Shown here piece by piece: positions 24,238-35,109 of a stretch of DNA of 64,000 nt (its first letter is position 1; every line of letters starts with the position of its first letter). The position numbers and the translations under genes were made by a program. The stretch covers positions 434,001 to 498,000 of the forward strand of contig OZ037847.1 of assembly GCA_964035575.1 (NCBI GenBank), written 5' to 3'. Under the pieces are notes generated by a model. The model searched no databases. It was not told where the DNA came from and saw nothing but the letters and a program-made list of their open reading frames with translations. Origin of the DNA: Rhynchopus sp. YZ270_cl-10. Lineage: Eukaryota.

Positions 24238-25038
24238 CTATGGGGTAATAAGCTTTGACGGCGCGACATTCGAAACCCACATACTCATATATGAATCATA
24301 GAGTGCCATCATTTGTGTTTCTGTAAGGATGCGGAGTGGCATCGCTGGGTAGAGAGGTGTGAGGAGGTGCGCGACACGTGTCGCGTCTTTGCATCGTGAG
24401 GCGGAGGCAACTGCGGGGGCGAAGCGGAGGAGGGTGGGGGAGAGGGTGCCGGGGGCTCGGAGATCGGAGGAGAACTGTTGGAGGAGGTCGCGGACAGAGC
24501 ACATACACTCCGCATCGACAGTCATCCCGACCGCCCGCCATGCTGCATCCTGCAACGCAACCATCGCCCGCGACGACGTCAAACTCCTCTTCTTCCCCTT
24601 CCCCCCACCCCTCTCACTCTCCTCCTTCATCCCCCTCGCCTTCCCCCGCAACCACTGCACCCCCAGCTCTACGTCAAGCAAATCATCGTTCTTCGACCGT
24701 CCCTGCATCTCCAGCGATAAATACGGTGCGATCTTAATCCGATTTCTACACGATTCTGCGAAGGGCGCAACCTCACGACTCAAAAAGGTATGCCCTGAAT
24801 GCCGTTTGTGGTCCTCATCTGTCGTAGGCGAAGGTGGTGACGGTGGTTGCAAAGACCTTCGGGTTTTTCGAGGCTTCTTCTTAAGACACGGCGCCACGCC
24901 TGCAGCAAGGCAAGTCAGCACATCCTCTACCCCTTGTGCAAGACTCGACGTCTTCATCGCTTCGCATATGCATGCACCAAGCAACGCCCCCACCACGACC
25001 CCACTGTCAGGCAGCCACAACCCGTCAACAAACGACAT
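24238..25038 (-). CDS. Hypothetical protein
   Basis: Coding-like portion MSFVDGLWLPDSG...VAPSKLITP* of the 361-aa ORF. The ORF's upstream extension runs into TE and poly-A sequence. Confidence 0.6.
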   Translation of the reverse strand: MSFVDGLWLPDSGVVVGALLGACICEAMKTSSLAQGVEDVLTCLAAGVAPCLKKKPRKTRRSLQPPSPPSPTTDEDHKRHSGHTFLSREVAPFAESCRNRIKIAPYLSLEMQGRSKNDDLLDVELGVQWLRGKARGMKEESERGGGKGKKRSLTSSRAMVALQDAAWRAVGMTVDAECMCSVRDLLQQFSSDLRAPGTLSPTLLRFAPAVASASRCKDATRVAHLLTPLYPAMPLRILTETQMMALYDSYMSMWVSNVAPSKLITP

Positions 25039-25429
25039 CTTTTGGATATATTCAAATTGAATGATCTGCATACGGTAAGAAGAATGAGGGTGAGTGGACG
25101 GGGTTGAGGATGGAGTGCTGAGCATAGAAATGTGGGAGATGGGGTGGAGGGGGGATAGAACGTGTTGTGGTAATCGCCCAACCCGAAGACGAAAGAGAAA
25201 ATTGGTTGAATCTACATAAGATGGCACGCCAACGATGGTTTTTTTTGTGTTTTTTTTTACACGGGTCGGGAAAGATCTTTTTTTTTTTTTTTTTTTTTTT
25301 CGAGAAAAAAAATCCTCTTCCATGGATGTACAAAGTACTTTTTTCCAGAAAGTAAAAAAAAGTAGAAAAATCCCAGTACTTGATACTTCAAGTACTTGAC
25401 CCGTTTTTTTTTTTTTTTTTTTACTTGAT

Positions 25430-28400
25430 CAGGGTCCTCAACCTGTCTAAGTTAGGCCTTAACTTAGACAATTTTTTTTTTTTTGAAAAACGCTTTGTCT
25501 AAGTTAGACAAAACCTGGGTTTTGGGTTTTTGGGTGGTTTGAAAGAGAAGAAGCTTTACTGAAAACAAAAAAAAAATGAGTTCCCTCAAGACTCCCTCAG
25601 TCCTCACCTGCGCGGACCCCATTGTACCCACCCACACAAGCCACCTCCTCAGACTAACTACAATTGAACAAACTCATCCGCAAAAATGCCTGCCACTGCC
25701 AAGACCTCCAAAGCACAGCCCACCATCGTGTCCATGTTCAAGAAGGGAGCTGTTGCGGCACCTGTGGTACGTGTGGTGGAACCCAACAAAGGGGATACGC
25801 ACTACGACCTGTGGTCTTCAGGCAAGTACAAGTCCATCCCCGATGGTCCGACACCCCGGCTCGCTTCCCTTCACCTTTTTCTTGTGGCGGAGGGGACGGT
25901 GAGGGGGTTTAAAAACCACCAGAACGACACCAACAAGGTGCTCAAACTCTGGTTGAAGGAGTTTGATCGCGCCAAACTGGCGGACGACGACAGGGAGGGG
26001 AGCAAGCGGAAGACGATCCTGACGATCGTTGCGGAGGCGCATGAGTTCGCCATGAACGAAGCAGAGAAGGGGGGAGACAGCGATGCCTCTGCCGTGTCTG
26101 TGCAGAGCCAGGTGTCGCAAGGCAAGAAGGTGAAGAAACGTGTGGTGATGATGGCTCCACAGGTGAGTGCTGTTAAGTACGTGGATTCAACGTCCGAAGA
26201 AGAGGAGGAGGAGCAATGTGTGCCAGTGAGACGCAACGCAGCATCCGAGCAACCCGAGGCAGCAATGGAAATCGATGATGTCGACGAGTACTCTTCTGAC
26301 GGCGATGTTGTCTTCTTAGGTCCCACGCACTCCAACACGAACAATCCCAACCTCACGAACACCACGACCGCACCAGCGAACACCGACTCCACCAACACGC
26401 TGAAACGTAAACGCGAAGCGCAGGAGAAAGGTTGTATGGGTCTGCGGGAGAGCACGGTGCAGGGCCATTTGAACCGTTTTTCCCCCTGGTTGGTGGTGGG
26501 TGAAGACAAGTTCAAGTGCTTGTATTGTGGTGCTTTCTCTCATGCAAAGACCAAGCTCGCCAGAGACCTCCCTGCGCATGCAGGCGACCCCAAACACCAA
26601 CGTCTCGTGAAGGCTGCCGCTCTGCAGGCTTCCAATGGAACCGTGCTTCACACGTTGCACGCCAACAGCGACAAAGAAGTCGAGTTCAACCAAAAAATGC
26701 TGAAAATATGCATTGAGGTTATTGTTTTCCTCGCGCGCAAAGGTGTAGGGCACTCTAACTTGGAGGAGTTTCTGAGTTTTTTCGCAGACAAGCTGGAGTG
26801 CACCGACATGGAGGCATACCTCAGACAACAAATACGCTATCTCAGCTGCGGTGCAGTCTTAGAGATCATGTCCTGCATCACGGAGGTGTTGACAGAAGAC
26901 CTCCTCAAGCAGGTCAAAGCCTCCCGTTTCTGGGGCCTGTCGGGGGATTGCTCACGCGACGTCAGCAAGAAGGAGCAACTCGTCTTCGTCGTGCGATACA
27001 TGGTCGGTGCCACCCCCGTCGAGAAGCTCATCATGATGGGTGAGCTGAAGGACCAGACGGGGGCTGGTTACGCGTCGTTGCTGACGAAGTGGATAGACCA
27101 GCTCGGGCTCGACTACGGGAAGATGAGTGGATGCTCGTTTGATGGCGCATCGGCAATGCGTTCCTCGAACAAGGGCTGCCAACAACAAATCCGTGCAGAC
27201 ATAAACCCAGGCGCCCTCTTCACCTGGTGCTACGCACACTCCCTCGCACTCTATGGCCCAGAAGCAGCGGCAGAGGGGAAATCGCCGGAGATTACCCGGT
27301 TCTTCGACGGCCTGCGGTGGGTGTGGGTTTTTTTTTCGGGATCCAAGATTAAGCTCGACACCCTGGAGGAGATGCTGGAGGAACTTCGCGACTTGTGTGA
27401 GTACTGTGACATCCTCATCGCAAAGCCGGGTGACACCCGGTGGCTCACCAACGGCAGGTGTTGCAGCACCGTCCGCAAGGAGTACCCCGCCGTGCACAGC
27501 GCCCTGTGCAAGCTTGGAGAGGCCGGCGACGTGGAAGCACCGTTCATCGCGCAGCACATCAAAGAGCCCGGTTTTTTTGCAACGTTGTCCTTCATGACGG
27601 TGGTCCTGGACGAGTTGAACGTGCTGTCGACGTCGCTCCAGAGCAGGAACACAAACCTGCTCACCGTTTGCAGCCACATCGACAAATGTGTTGCGTCATT
27701 GTCGTTGCTTGAAACCAACCCGAACATGTTCCCGTTCTACCCAGAATGGGTACCGAGGTATAATCAATGCCACGGTACAAAACTTTCCCGTCGGAACTTT
27801 GCGATTCATCACGACACGGTCTGCAAGCCATACCTCAAGGAGCTGCTGAAGTGCCTCAGTGAACGATTCGTGAACATGGACATTGTGAGATGCTTCTCAG
27901 TATTCGACATCCGCAACCTCCCTGCTAACGCGGACGGGCTGGCGATCTACGGCAACACCGAGGTGAAGAAGCTCATCGAGGAATTTACTGAGCTGCATAC
28001 ACTCGAGTACAAAAAGTACGATGTTGTGGGCGAGAAGACGCGTGGGAGACCAGAGTACTCCAAGACGGAGCATACTGTGATATCGCGCACTCAAACAACG
28101 CCGTTACTGAGCGTGGACACGACGCCGTTCGTTGAGGAGTCGCCAGAACTGAACAGTCTGGAGACAAAGAAAGCTGTAGCTGTGAAAGAATGGAGGATCC
28201 TGGTGGACGTTTTGTCGAAGAGAACTACAACAAAGGACACTTCGGACCTGATCGCAACATTCTTGACAAGTTCCGCAGGAGACGCCTACCCCATTATGAG
28301 GGATCTTGTTTTGCTTGGGTTGTCAATCCCCGTCACATCAGTTGAAGACGAGCGCTGCTTCAACGGCATGAAGTACGTCAAGAATAGCTACAGAAACAAA

Positions 28401-28799
28401 CTGCTGGATTCAAGTCTGCTATGCATTCTTATGTGCAAACAGGCAGAGACAAATGAGAATAAATTTACGCCTGACCAAATCCAAAGGATTTTTGAAGCCT
28501 TTAAAAGAAAGAAGGTTAGAGTTTCTGTGTGATGCTTATCAGGTTGGGGGGACAATGGGGTTAGGGGTACGGGTGGGGCGAAGGGGTGGGGTGGGGTGTG
28601 ATTGTTCATTTGTCGAACTCTTCTATTGAAATGAAAAGACCACTTAACGAGTTTCGAAAAAGCAACACAAAAAAAAAAAGCCCCCAATTTTTAGCTTTGT
28701 ACAGGACCTTTTCGCGCGGAGCGCGAAAATTTTTTTTTAGCCTTTTTTTTTAACTTAGACAAATCTGTGGCCAGACTTTGTCTACGGTTGAGGACCCTG
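25430..28799 (+). mobile_element. Full-length autonomous hAT transposon
   Basis: 14-bp TIRs CAGGGTCCTCAACC and GGTTGAGGACCCTG; 8-bp TSD TACTTGAT at 25422-25429 and 28800-28807; subterminal TTAGACAA/TTGTCTAA repeats. Confidence 0.95.
25686..28532 (+). CDS. hAT transposase (ZNF862/ZMYM1-type, DUF4371 plus hAT dimerisation domain)
   Basis: 948-aa ORF: CLYC...H...H zinc finger, DCSRDVSKKEQL, FDGASAM, CYAHSLAL, TRW, and SIPVTSVEDERCFNGMKYVKNSYRNKL. Confidence 0.95.
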   Translation: MPATAKTSKAQPTIVSMFKKGAVAAPVVRVVEPNKGDTHYDLWSSGKYKSIPDGPTPRLASLHLFLVAEGTVRGFKNHQNDTNKVLKLWLKEFDRAKLADDDREGSKRKTILTIVAEAHEFAMNEAEKGGDSDASAVSVQSQVSQGKKVKKRVVMMAPQVSAVKYVDSTSEEEEEEQCVPVRRNAASEQPEAAMEIDDVDEYSSDGDVVFLGPTHSNTNNPNLTNTTTAPANTDSTNTLKRKREAQEKGCMGLRESTVQGHLNRFSPWLVVGEDKFKCLYCGAFSHAKTKLARDLPAHAGDPKHQRLVKAAALQASNGTVLHTLHANSDKEVEFNQKMLKICIEVIVFLARKGVGHSNLEEFLSFFADKLECTDMEAYLRQQIRYLSCGAVLEIMSCITEVLTEDLLKQVKASRFWGLSGDCSRDVSKKEQLVFVVRYMVGATPVEKLIMMGELKDQTGAGYASLLTKWIDQLGLDYGKMSGCSFDGASAMRSSNKGCQQQIRADINPGALFTWCYAHSLALYGPEAAAEGKSPEITRFFDGLRWVWVFFSGSKIKLDTLEEMLEELRDLCEYCDILIAKPGDTRWLTNGRCCSTVRKEYPAVHSALCKLGEAGDVEAPFIAQHIKEPGFFATLSFMTVVLDELNVLSTSLQSRNTNLLTVCSHIDKCVASLSLLETNPNMFPFYPEWVPRYNQCHGTKLSRRNFAIHHDTVCKPYLKELLKCLSERFVNMDIVRCFSVFDIRNLPANADGLAIYGNTEVKKLIEEFTELHTLEYKKYDVVGEKTRGRPEYSKTEHTVISRTQTTPLLSVDTTPFVEESPELNSLETKKAVAVKEWRILVDVLSKRTTTKDTSDLIATFLTSSAGDAYPIMRDLVLLGLSIPVTSVEDERCFNGMKYVKNSYRNKLLDSSLLCILMCKQAETNENKFTPDQIQRIFEAFKRKKVRVSV

Positions 28800-29388
28800 T
28801 ACTTGATTACTTTTTATTTTGCATCAAGTACTTGATTCGGCAAAAAAATGGGAAAGTACTTGAATAAATTCAAGTACTTTTCCATTTTTTTTACTTTTTT
28901 TGCCAATTCAAGTACTTGATGCAACAAAAAAAGTAATCAAGTACAAAAAAAGTGAAAGTACTTGAAGGAAAAAAAGTACTTGAAGCAAGAAAAAAATTTT
29001 TTTTCTTTTTTTTTTAAATCGATCAAGTACTTGAAGTACACCAAAAAAAGTGAAAAAAAGTAATCAAGTACTTTGTACATCCATGCTCTTCTCCCGAAAA
29101 ATAACTATTTATTCAACGCCTTTTAGCGTGGTTTTTTTTTGCGATAACTTCACGCATTTTTTTCCCAGGCGAGTGGTAGTTAATTTGCCGAGCGAGGCGA
29201 GGCAAATTGAATCCACGAGCCTGGGAAAAAAATAAGTGAAGTATCGCAAAAAAATTCGCTAAAAGGCGTTGAATACGTAATTTTATTTCACGTTAAATAA
29301 AGTATACGAAAGGATTTGGCACTTTTAGCGTGACTCATTTATTGTGCAATAACTAACGAGTTTGTGTCCCTCCAGGTAGCTTTCCTTA

Positions 29389-29580
29389 CCCTCCCGCCAG
29401 CGCTACCGGGAATCCCACGGGACCCCTAGCTAGGCTAGCGGGACTCCCGCTGGGGGGGCTGGCGTACCTGAGGGGCTGGAGGGAGGCTAAAAAAGGCTGG
29501 AGGGTCCCTCCAGCCCTGTTACCCTCCCGCGGGGGAACCTGCAAAAACCCGGTAAACTGGGCCCGGGTGCTAGCGGGAGG
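29389..29580. mobile_element. Small GC-rich TA-flanked MITE inside the Crypton-like element
   Basis: Imperfect TIRs CCCTCCCGCCAGC and GCTAGCGGGAGG with TA on both sides. Related pieces occur at about 30791-30905 and 31733-32078. Confidence 0.6.
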
Positions 29581-29584
29581 TAGG

Positions 29585-30065
29585 GAAATGGCTATCGTGC
29601 AAGAGCGAGAGACATTCAGAAGATCCCCGCCCATCACAGAATATCATGTCAGCACCGCCTTCCTCACAATGAAGTAAGGGGGTGGTGTGTCCTTCGCCTT
29701 CATAGGTAATGAAGGAGTCGATTTCTTGTTTCGTAAGTGAGGAGTGTCTTGGACTGTCGTGTCGGTAGCCGGTCTCGTGTTGCTTCAAGAGACACACGAG
29801 CCTGCGGAAACTGGTCTTGCAGTTGCACCCATACTTCCTCACCAATATGCTGCTCAGCTTACTGAACGCTGTCCATTACGACGACGATTTGATGCACTAT
29901 GCACAAAACAAAGTCGGCTTCCGTGGGCTTACCGTTGGGCTTCCCTTAAAAAGCGGTCCCATTCACGGATGTACGGTGTCGACGATGCTAGTCCTTCAAC
30001 AAAACCACTGTAGTGCTCGTCCATCTCTTGTCGGAGGACCGTTTGCGTCTTAGATCCTTCGGCAT
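29585..30065 (-). pseudogene. Degenerate Crypton-type tyrosine recombinase (core-binding and early catalytic region)
   Basis: Across frameshifts: QEMDEHY...PYIREWDRF..., VRKYGCNCKTSFRRLVCLLKQHETGY...LTKQEIDSFI...MIFCDGRGSSECLSL. This parallels the Crypton YR pattern Y..W..F...LK....GY..KK...LT.E....F. Confidence 0.65.
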
Positions 30066-30454
30066 GTTGCGTGTGTCAAAAAAAATGGGAAAAGTGCAAA
30101 AAAAAATCGCAATTTTCAATTTTTAGGCGGGTGGTGCAGGATGTACCAAAATTTAGCGTGAAGTTATCGCCAAAAAAAACCCCTGTTTTAGCGTGAAAAA
30201 AACAAAAATAAAATCACGCTCCTAAGGAATTGCAGTGAAAAAAAGTGAAAATGCGTGAAATAAAGTTCAATTAGCGTGGTTTTTATTTGCGAAAAAAACA
30301 CGGCGTGAAATTATCATTAAAAAGAATCACGCTAAAAGTGCCAAATCCTTCGTATACTTTATTTAACTGTGGAATAAAAAAAAAAAAAAAAAGATTTTTG
30401 CATGGGAGAAAAAAAAAAAGAGAAAAGATTTGAAAATCCTGGGAAAATCCTGAA

Positions 30455-31005
30455 AATAACTATTTATTCACCTCCTTTTAGCGGGGTTTTATTTTGCGAT
30501 AACTTCACGCATTTTTTTCCCAGGCGAGGGCTACTTAATTTGCCGAGCGAAGCGAGGCAAATTGAGTGCACGAGCCTGGGAAAAAAATAAGTGAAGTATC
30601 GCAAAATAATCCGCTAAAAGGAGGTGAATACGTAATTTTATTTCACGGGAAATAAAGTATACGAAAGGATTTGGCACTTTTAGCGTGACTTATTTATTGT
30701 GCAATAACTAACGAGTATGTGTCCTCACAGGAAGCTCTCAGGGAAAAAAAAAAAAAAGAGCGTGAAAAAAAAAAAAAAAAAGCTCTCATTACCCTCCCGC
30801 CAGCGCTACCGGGTCCCGCGGACCCCTAGATAGGCCCGCTGAGGGGCTGGCGGGATTGAGGAGGCTGGAGGGAGGCTAAAAAAGGCTGGACGGTCCCTCC
30901 AGCCCTACTACCTACATGTACCAAAATTTAGCGTGAAATTATCATTAAATAAAATCCCGCTAAAAGTGCCAAATCCTTCGTATACTTTATTTCCCAGGGG
31001 AATAA
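30455..31005 (-). mobile_element. Crypton-like derivative, copy 2 (internally deleted)
   Basis: Near-identical ends to copy 1 (AATAACTATTTATTCA... and ...CGTATACTTTATTT...GGAATAA) and the same internal inverted repeat. Confidence 0.7.
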
Positions 31006-31098
31006 AATCCTGAAAAATCCTGGAAAAATCCATGAAAAATCTCGAGATCTTGAGAAATCTTTGAAAAAAAAAAAAAAAAGATTTTCAAAATCTTTTTT

Positions 31099-32366
31099 TT
31101 ATTCCCCTGGGAAATAAAGTATACGAAGGATTTGGCACTTTTAGCGGGATTCTTTTTAATGATAATTTCACGCACTTTTTTTATCGCAAATTAAAAACCC
31201 GCTCATTGAACTTTATTTCACGCGTTTTTCACTTTTTTTCACTGCAATTCCTTCAGAGCGGGATTTTATTTTTGTTTTTTTCACGCTAAAACAGGGGTTT
31301 TATTTGGCGATAACTTCACGCTAAATTTTGGTACATCCTGCACTACCACCCGCCTAAAAATTGAAAATTTCGAATTTTTTTTTGCCCTTTTCCCATTTTT
31401 TCTGACACATGCAACATGCCGAAGGATGTAAGACGCAAACGGTCCTCCGACAGGAGATGGACAAGCACTACAGTAAGGACTAGCATTGTCGACACCGTAC
31501 GTCCGTGAATGGGACCGCTTTTTAAGGAATTCATTGGCAAGACTGACGGTAAGCCCACAGAAGCCGACTTCGTTTCTTACATAGTGTATCTCCGTGACGA
31601 TCTCACTATCAAGACGAAGGACACACCACCCCCTTTACTTCATTGTGAGGAAGGTGGTGGCTGGCATGATATTCTGTGATGGGCGGGGATCTTCTGAATG
31701 TGTCTCGCTCTTGCACGACAGCCATTTCCCGACCTCCCGCACCCGAGGGGACACTGAGGTGGCGAGAGGTCGGGATGTAGCTTTGTGTACCGTTGAGGCA
31801 GCTTTCCAAACCCGACCACACGCTACGCTACGCGCTATGCGTACACGTGGTGTGGGCTTTTTAGGCTACATACTGTACGCGCTACGCGCAAAATGCCGTT
31901 GTTGTGTGTGTAAAAACGTGGGTTGCGTGGTACTGCATGGGGTCACACGTGCACCACCCTGTGGCTCACACATGGTTCTGCCACCCCGAAAATGCGTATC
32001 CCACCCCACATACCAGGGTATGGGCCCAGTTCACCAGTTTTTTGCAGGTTCCCAGCGAGCAAAAGCTAGCGGGGGGGTAATGAGAGCTACCTGGAGGGAC
32101 ACATACTCGTTAGTTATTGCACAATAAATGAGTCCCGCTAAAAGTGCCAAATCCTTTCGTATACTTTATTTCCCGTGAAATAAAATTACGTATTCACCTC
32201 CTTTTAGCGGATTATTTTGCGATACTTCACTTATTTTTTTCCCAGGCTCGTGCACTCAATTTGCCTCGCTTCGCTCGGCAAATTAAGTAGCCCTCGCCTG
32301 GGAAAAAAATGCGTGAAGTTATCGCAAAATAAAACCCCGCTAAAAGGAGGTGAATAAATAGTTATT
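31099..32366 (+). mobile_element. Crypton-like derivative, copy 3 (inverted)
   Basis: Reverse complement of copy 1/2 ends, bounded by TTATT. YR remnant from ATG 31416 (EWDRF.KEFIGKTDGKPTEADFVSY...YFIVRKVVAGMIFCDGRGSSECVSL). Confidence 0.7.
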
Positions 32367-32976
32367 TTTTCCCCAAAAAGATTTTTCAAAATCCCAAAAA
32401 TCTTTTTTATCTTTTTTTTGAGAAAAAAAAAAGATTTTCAAGATCTTTTTCATCTTTTTTTCTCTTTTTTTCCTTTTTTTTCCTTTTTTTTCCTTTTTTT
32501 TTCAGGATTTTTCAAAGATCTCAAAGATCTCGAGAGATCCTGAAAAAAAAAGACAAAAATCCTGAAAATCTTGATTTTTTTTTTTTCCTCCCGAGATTCT
32601 CGAAAAAAGACAAAAAAAGACAAAAGATCTTTCCTGACCCGTGTTTTTAGTCTTTTGTAAAGAAAAATGCTTCTCCCATGAGAGGGGAGATAGGTTAGAG
32701 AAATAAATGAGTTTTCATCTTCCAAATTGAAGAAAAAAGCGCAAAACGTTCTAAACAGAAAATAAAAATCTCGTACTTTCGTCACATTGAACCAAAAACT
32801 TTTAAGTCCAAAAACAAAACATTCCGTTGCATATTGTAAGAATCAAAATGGGATCATAGACACCCCAACCCCTAATCAGTGGCAAGCACGCTCGGACAAA
32901 ATACAGACCGATGTATTTATTTTTAAAATCTGGCACCAAACTGGGTACAAAACAACATCAAATTTTGAAAAAAGAC

Positions 32977-33678
32977 TCACTTCCTCAGACGATCCAACCG
33001 ACTTTGCAAATCTGCCCGCGACGCTACCCCCTGCGAACCTGCAAAGAGGTCTGAGAGCTGCTCCATTTTTTGGTCAAACTCTTTTTCGGTTATCCACTCT
33101 GCGAGAAAGGTTCTGAAGAGCACGTCTGTTGCTTCTGGTGTGATGGGGGGTATGGGACGGGACGGGTAAATTGAGAGAAGCGTCGTAGAGATGACGGCAG
33201 TATTATTCTTCCGAGCGGCAGCTGCGAGGGTGGGGATGTGGTTTGCAAGAATCGTGGTAACTCCGGAGGGCCTCGCAGCAGTCGCATCTTCCGCAAAGTC
33301 TTTCATACGATCTGCTAAGGCAGAGATATAGACTGCTTCACTTTCATACTTTGCAGCATTGCGCAGCAGATCCTCTGCTTCTGCCACACCTACCTCATCC
33401 ACATTACCCACCTTTCGTGCGCTCCGCTTCAACCTTGTCACCTGCTTACGCAATCCCGCAGCCTCCGTCCTCATCCTCTTCGGCGCCAACCTCACATCCA
33501 CCCGATCCTCCATAGACCACCCCTCCATCCTTCCCCACCAAAGATACACCATAACCGCCACAGCCAGCACGCATACAACTACACCCACCTCAACCCCGAT
33601 CCCCTCCAGGAAGAGCGCCGTAGGGGGGACATCAGGTGGAGACGGAGCCTCCTCGGAGTACGCAGGCCTTCGGGACAT
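32977..33678 (-). CDS. Membrane protein with one TM helix and a Snf7/CHMP-like helical C-terminus
   Basis: ATG 33678 gives MSRRPAY...; hydrophobic GIGVEVGVVVCVLAVAVMVYLWW; coiled coil; ends ADLQSRLDRLRK. Confidence 0.7.
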   Translation of the reverse strand: MSRRPAYSEEAPSPPDVPPTALFLEGIGVEVGVVVCVLAVAVMVYLWWGRMEGWSMEDRVDVRLAPKRMRTEAAGLRKQVTRLKRSARKVGNVDEVGVAEAEDLLRNAAKYESEAVYISALADRMKDFAEDATAARPSGVTTILANHIPTLAAAARKNNTAVISTTLLSIYPSRPIPPITPEATDVLFRTFLAEWITEKEFDQKMEQLSDLFAGSQGVASRADLQSRLDRLRK

Positions 33679-34361
33679 ATTGTGTGTGTTCTCTTGGTTG
33701 ATGCAAAAATGGGGGAGGTGAAGAGGGGAGGAGGGGAGGAGGAGTGTGTTGGCAAAAGTACGTACTTTGAGGAATTGAATAATTGAGAAAACGCTTTTTT
33801 TTGTTGTGTGCACGGTGCGGTCTGTCGTGCTTGGAGTGTGTAAATAACGGACTTACCCCCTGAGTCCGACAGTCGGACCCCCTGAGTCCGACAGACGGAC
33901 TCAGGGGTCCGTCTGTCGGACTCTGGAGTCCGACTGTCGGACTCTGGGGTCCGACAGTCGGACCCAAAAAAAAAAAATTTTTTTTTTTTTGGGCCGAAAA
34001 AAAAAAATTTTTTTTTGGCCAAAAAAATTTTTTTGGCCGAAAATCGCCTTGTATAGCCACTACAGTACACATGGTTTTACCAAAATAGCCGTATTTTGGC
34101 TGAAAATTTGACTTGAAAATTTTTTTCATTGTTTGGTCAATCTGAGGTTTTCTTTGAATTTTTTGGGCCATTTTATGACCTACTACACCCAATTTTTGGG
34201 GGATTTTTTTTTTCTTGGTCAAAAAATAGCGCTTGTTGCCTACTACTGGGTATAGGCTTGTTCAGAGGTGTGTATTTGGTGTACCCAGACATGGTCAAAA
34301 CACATGAATTTTGCGTTTTTTTGCATTTTTAGGTTCTCGACCAACCAGGGGGCGACCAATT

Positions 34362-34403
34362 TGGGTACTGGGTACTGGGTACTGGGTACTGGGTACTGGG
34401 TAC
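34362..34403. repeat. (TGGGTAC)6 tandem repeat
   Basis: Read directly from the sequence. Confidence 0.95.
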
Positions 34404-35109
34404 CAAGAGAAGGCAGCTTGACAGCAGCGAAGGCGGAGGCTACGGGGAAGACAAGGTATGTAAATGTTTAACTTTCAGTTACTTGTGTAGATGCAAACAA
34501 CACACCCAGTGGTTTGCAGCATTTTATTTTCTTGTGTGCTTTCTCTTCTTTGAATCGAAAGTATGTGAACCTTATTACATCATGATACAATGCAACGAGG
34601 CCGAAACAGCCTCACTAAGGCCTCTGAAAATAAATGTTCAGACTTGGCACTTACTTATGTTTAGGTGCGCCTCAACCACACGCTTGAATATATTTAATTT
34701 GCCACACCTCAGATAGATTTTCCAGATATGCCTATGTTCAGGTGTTCCAGGCCTCGTCACAAATAGACAAAAAAACAAAAGCCAAAACAACAGAGAGAGA
34801 GCCAACAATTTTTTATCTCACTTGTGTAATAATGTTTAGCCGCGTTTTCGAAATTCCTTCCTGGAGATTACACAAAATACAGTAGACATTATCTCCGCAC
34901 ACAAAGAACAAAACAAAACCCATGCCGAGAGTAGGCGCAAAAGCAATGTGGAGGAGATCTGCGCATGCAACCAAAAGGGTTGCAGTCATAGGACTTCGAG
35001 GAACTGTTCACCATACCCAACCTTGACGCCCCGTACTAGGTGGTCATACATCATTTGTCAAATATACTGTAGGAATTTCGAAAACGCAGCACAACATTAT
35101 TGCCCGTGA

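Larger units (their letters stand above)
25321..29085. mobile_element. Non-autonomous TIR element (AAGTACTT-rich) with 6-bp TSD, interrupted by the hAT element
   Basis: 20-bp TIRs CATGGATGTACAAAGTACTT and AAGTACTTTGTACATCCATG; TSD CTCTTC at 25315-25320 and 29086-29091; many AAGTACTT copies. Confidence 0.88.
29100..30377 (-). mobile_element. Crypton-like tyrosine-recombinase transposon derivative, copy 1
   Basis: No TIRs; AATAA direct repeat at both ends; internal inverted repeat (about 29286-29333 and 30328-30367); frameshifted YR N-terminal remnant inside. Confidence 0.7.
25260..32643. mobile_element. Non-autonomous TIR element (AGATCT-rich) hosting nested insertions
   Basis: TIRs CACGGGTCGGGAAAGATCTTTT and AAAAGATCTTTCCTGACCCGTG, flanked by TTTTTA on both sides. 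Its AAGAT/AATCC-rich body reappears between the inserts (30380-30450, 31010-31095, 32370-32640). Confidence 0.85.

Noticed and set aside
33860..33965. GTCCGACAGTCGGAC palindromic repeats as a CRISPR-like array
   Set aside because: There are no unique spacers of regular length and no cas genes. The repeats are subterminal arrays of a TIR element, mirrored at 38416-38528.
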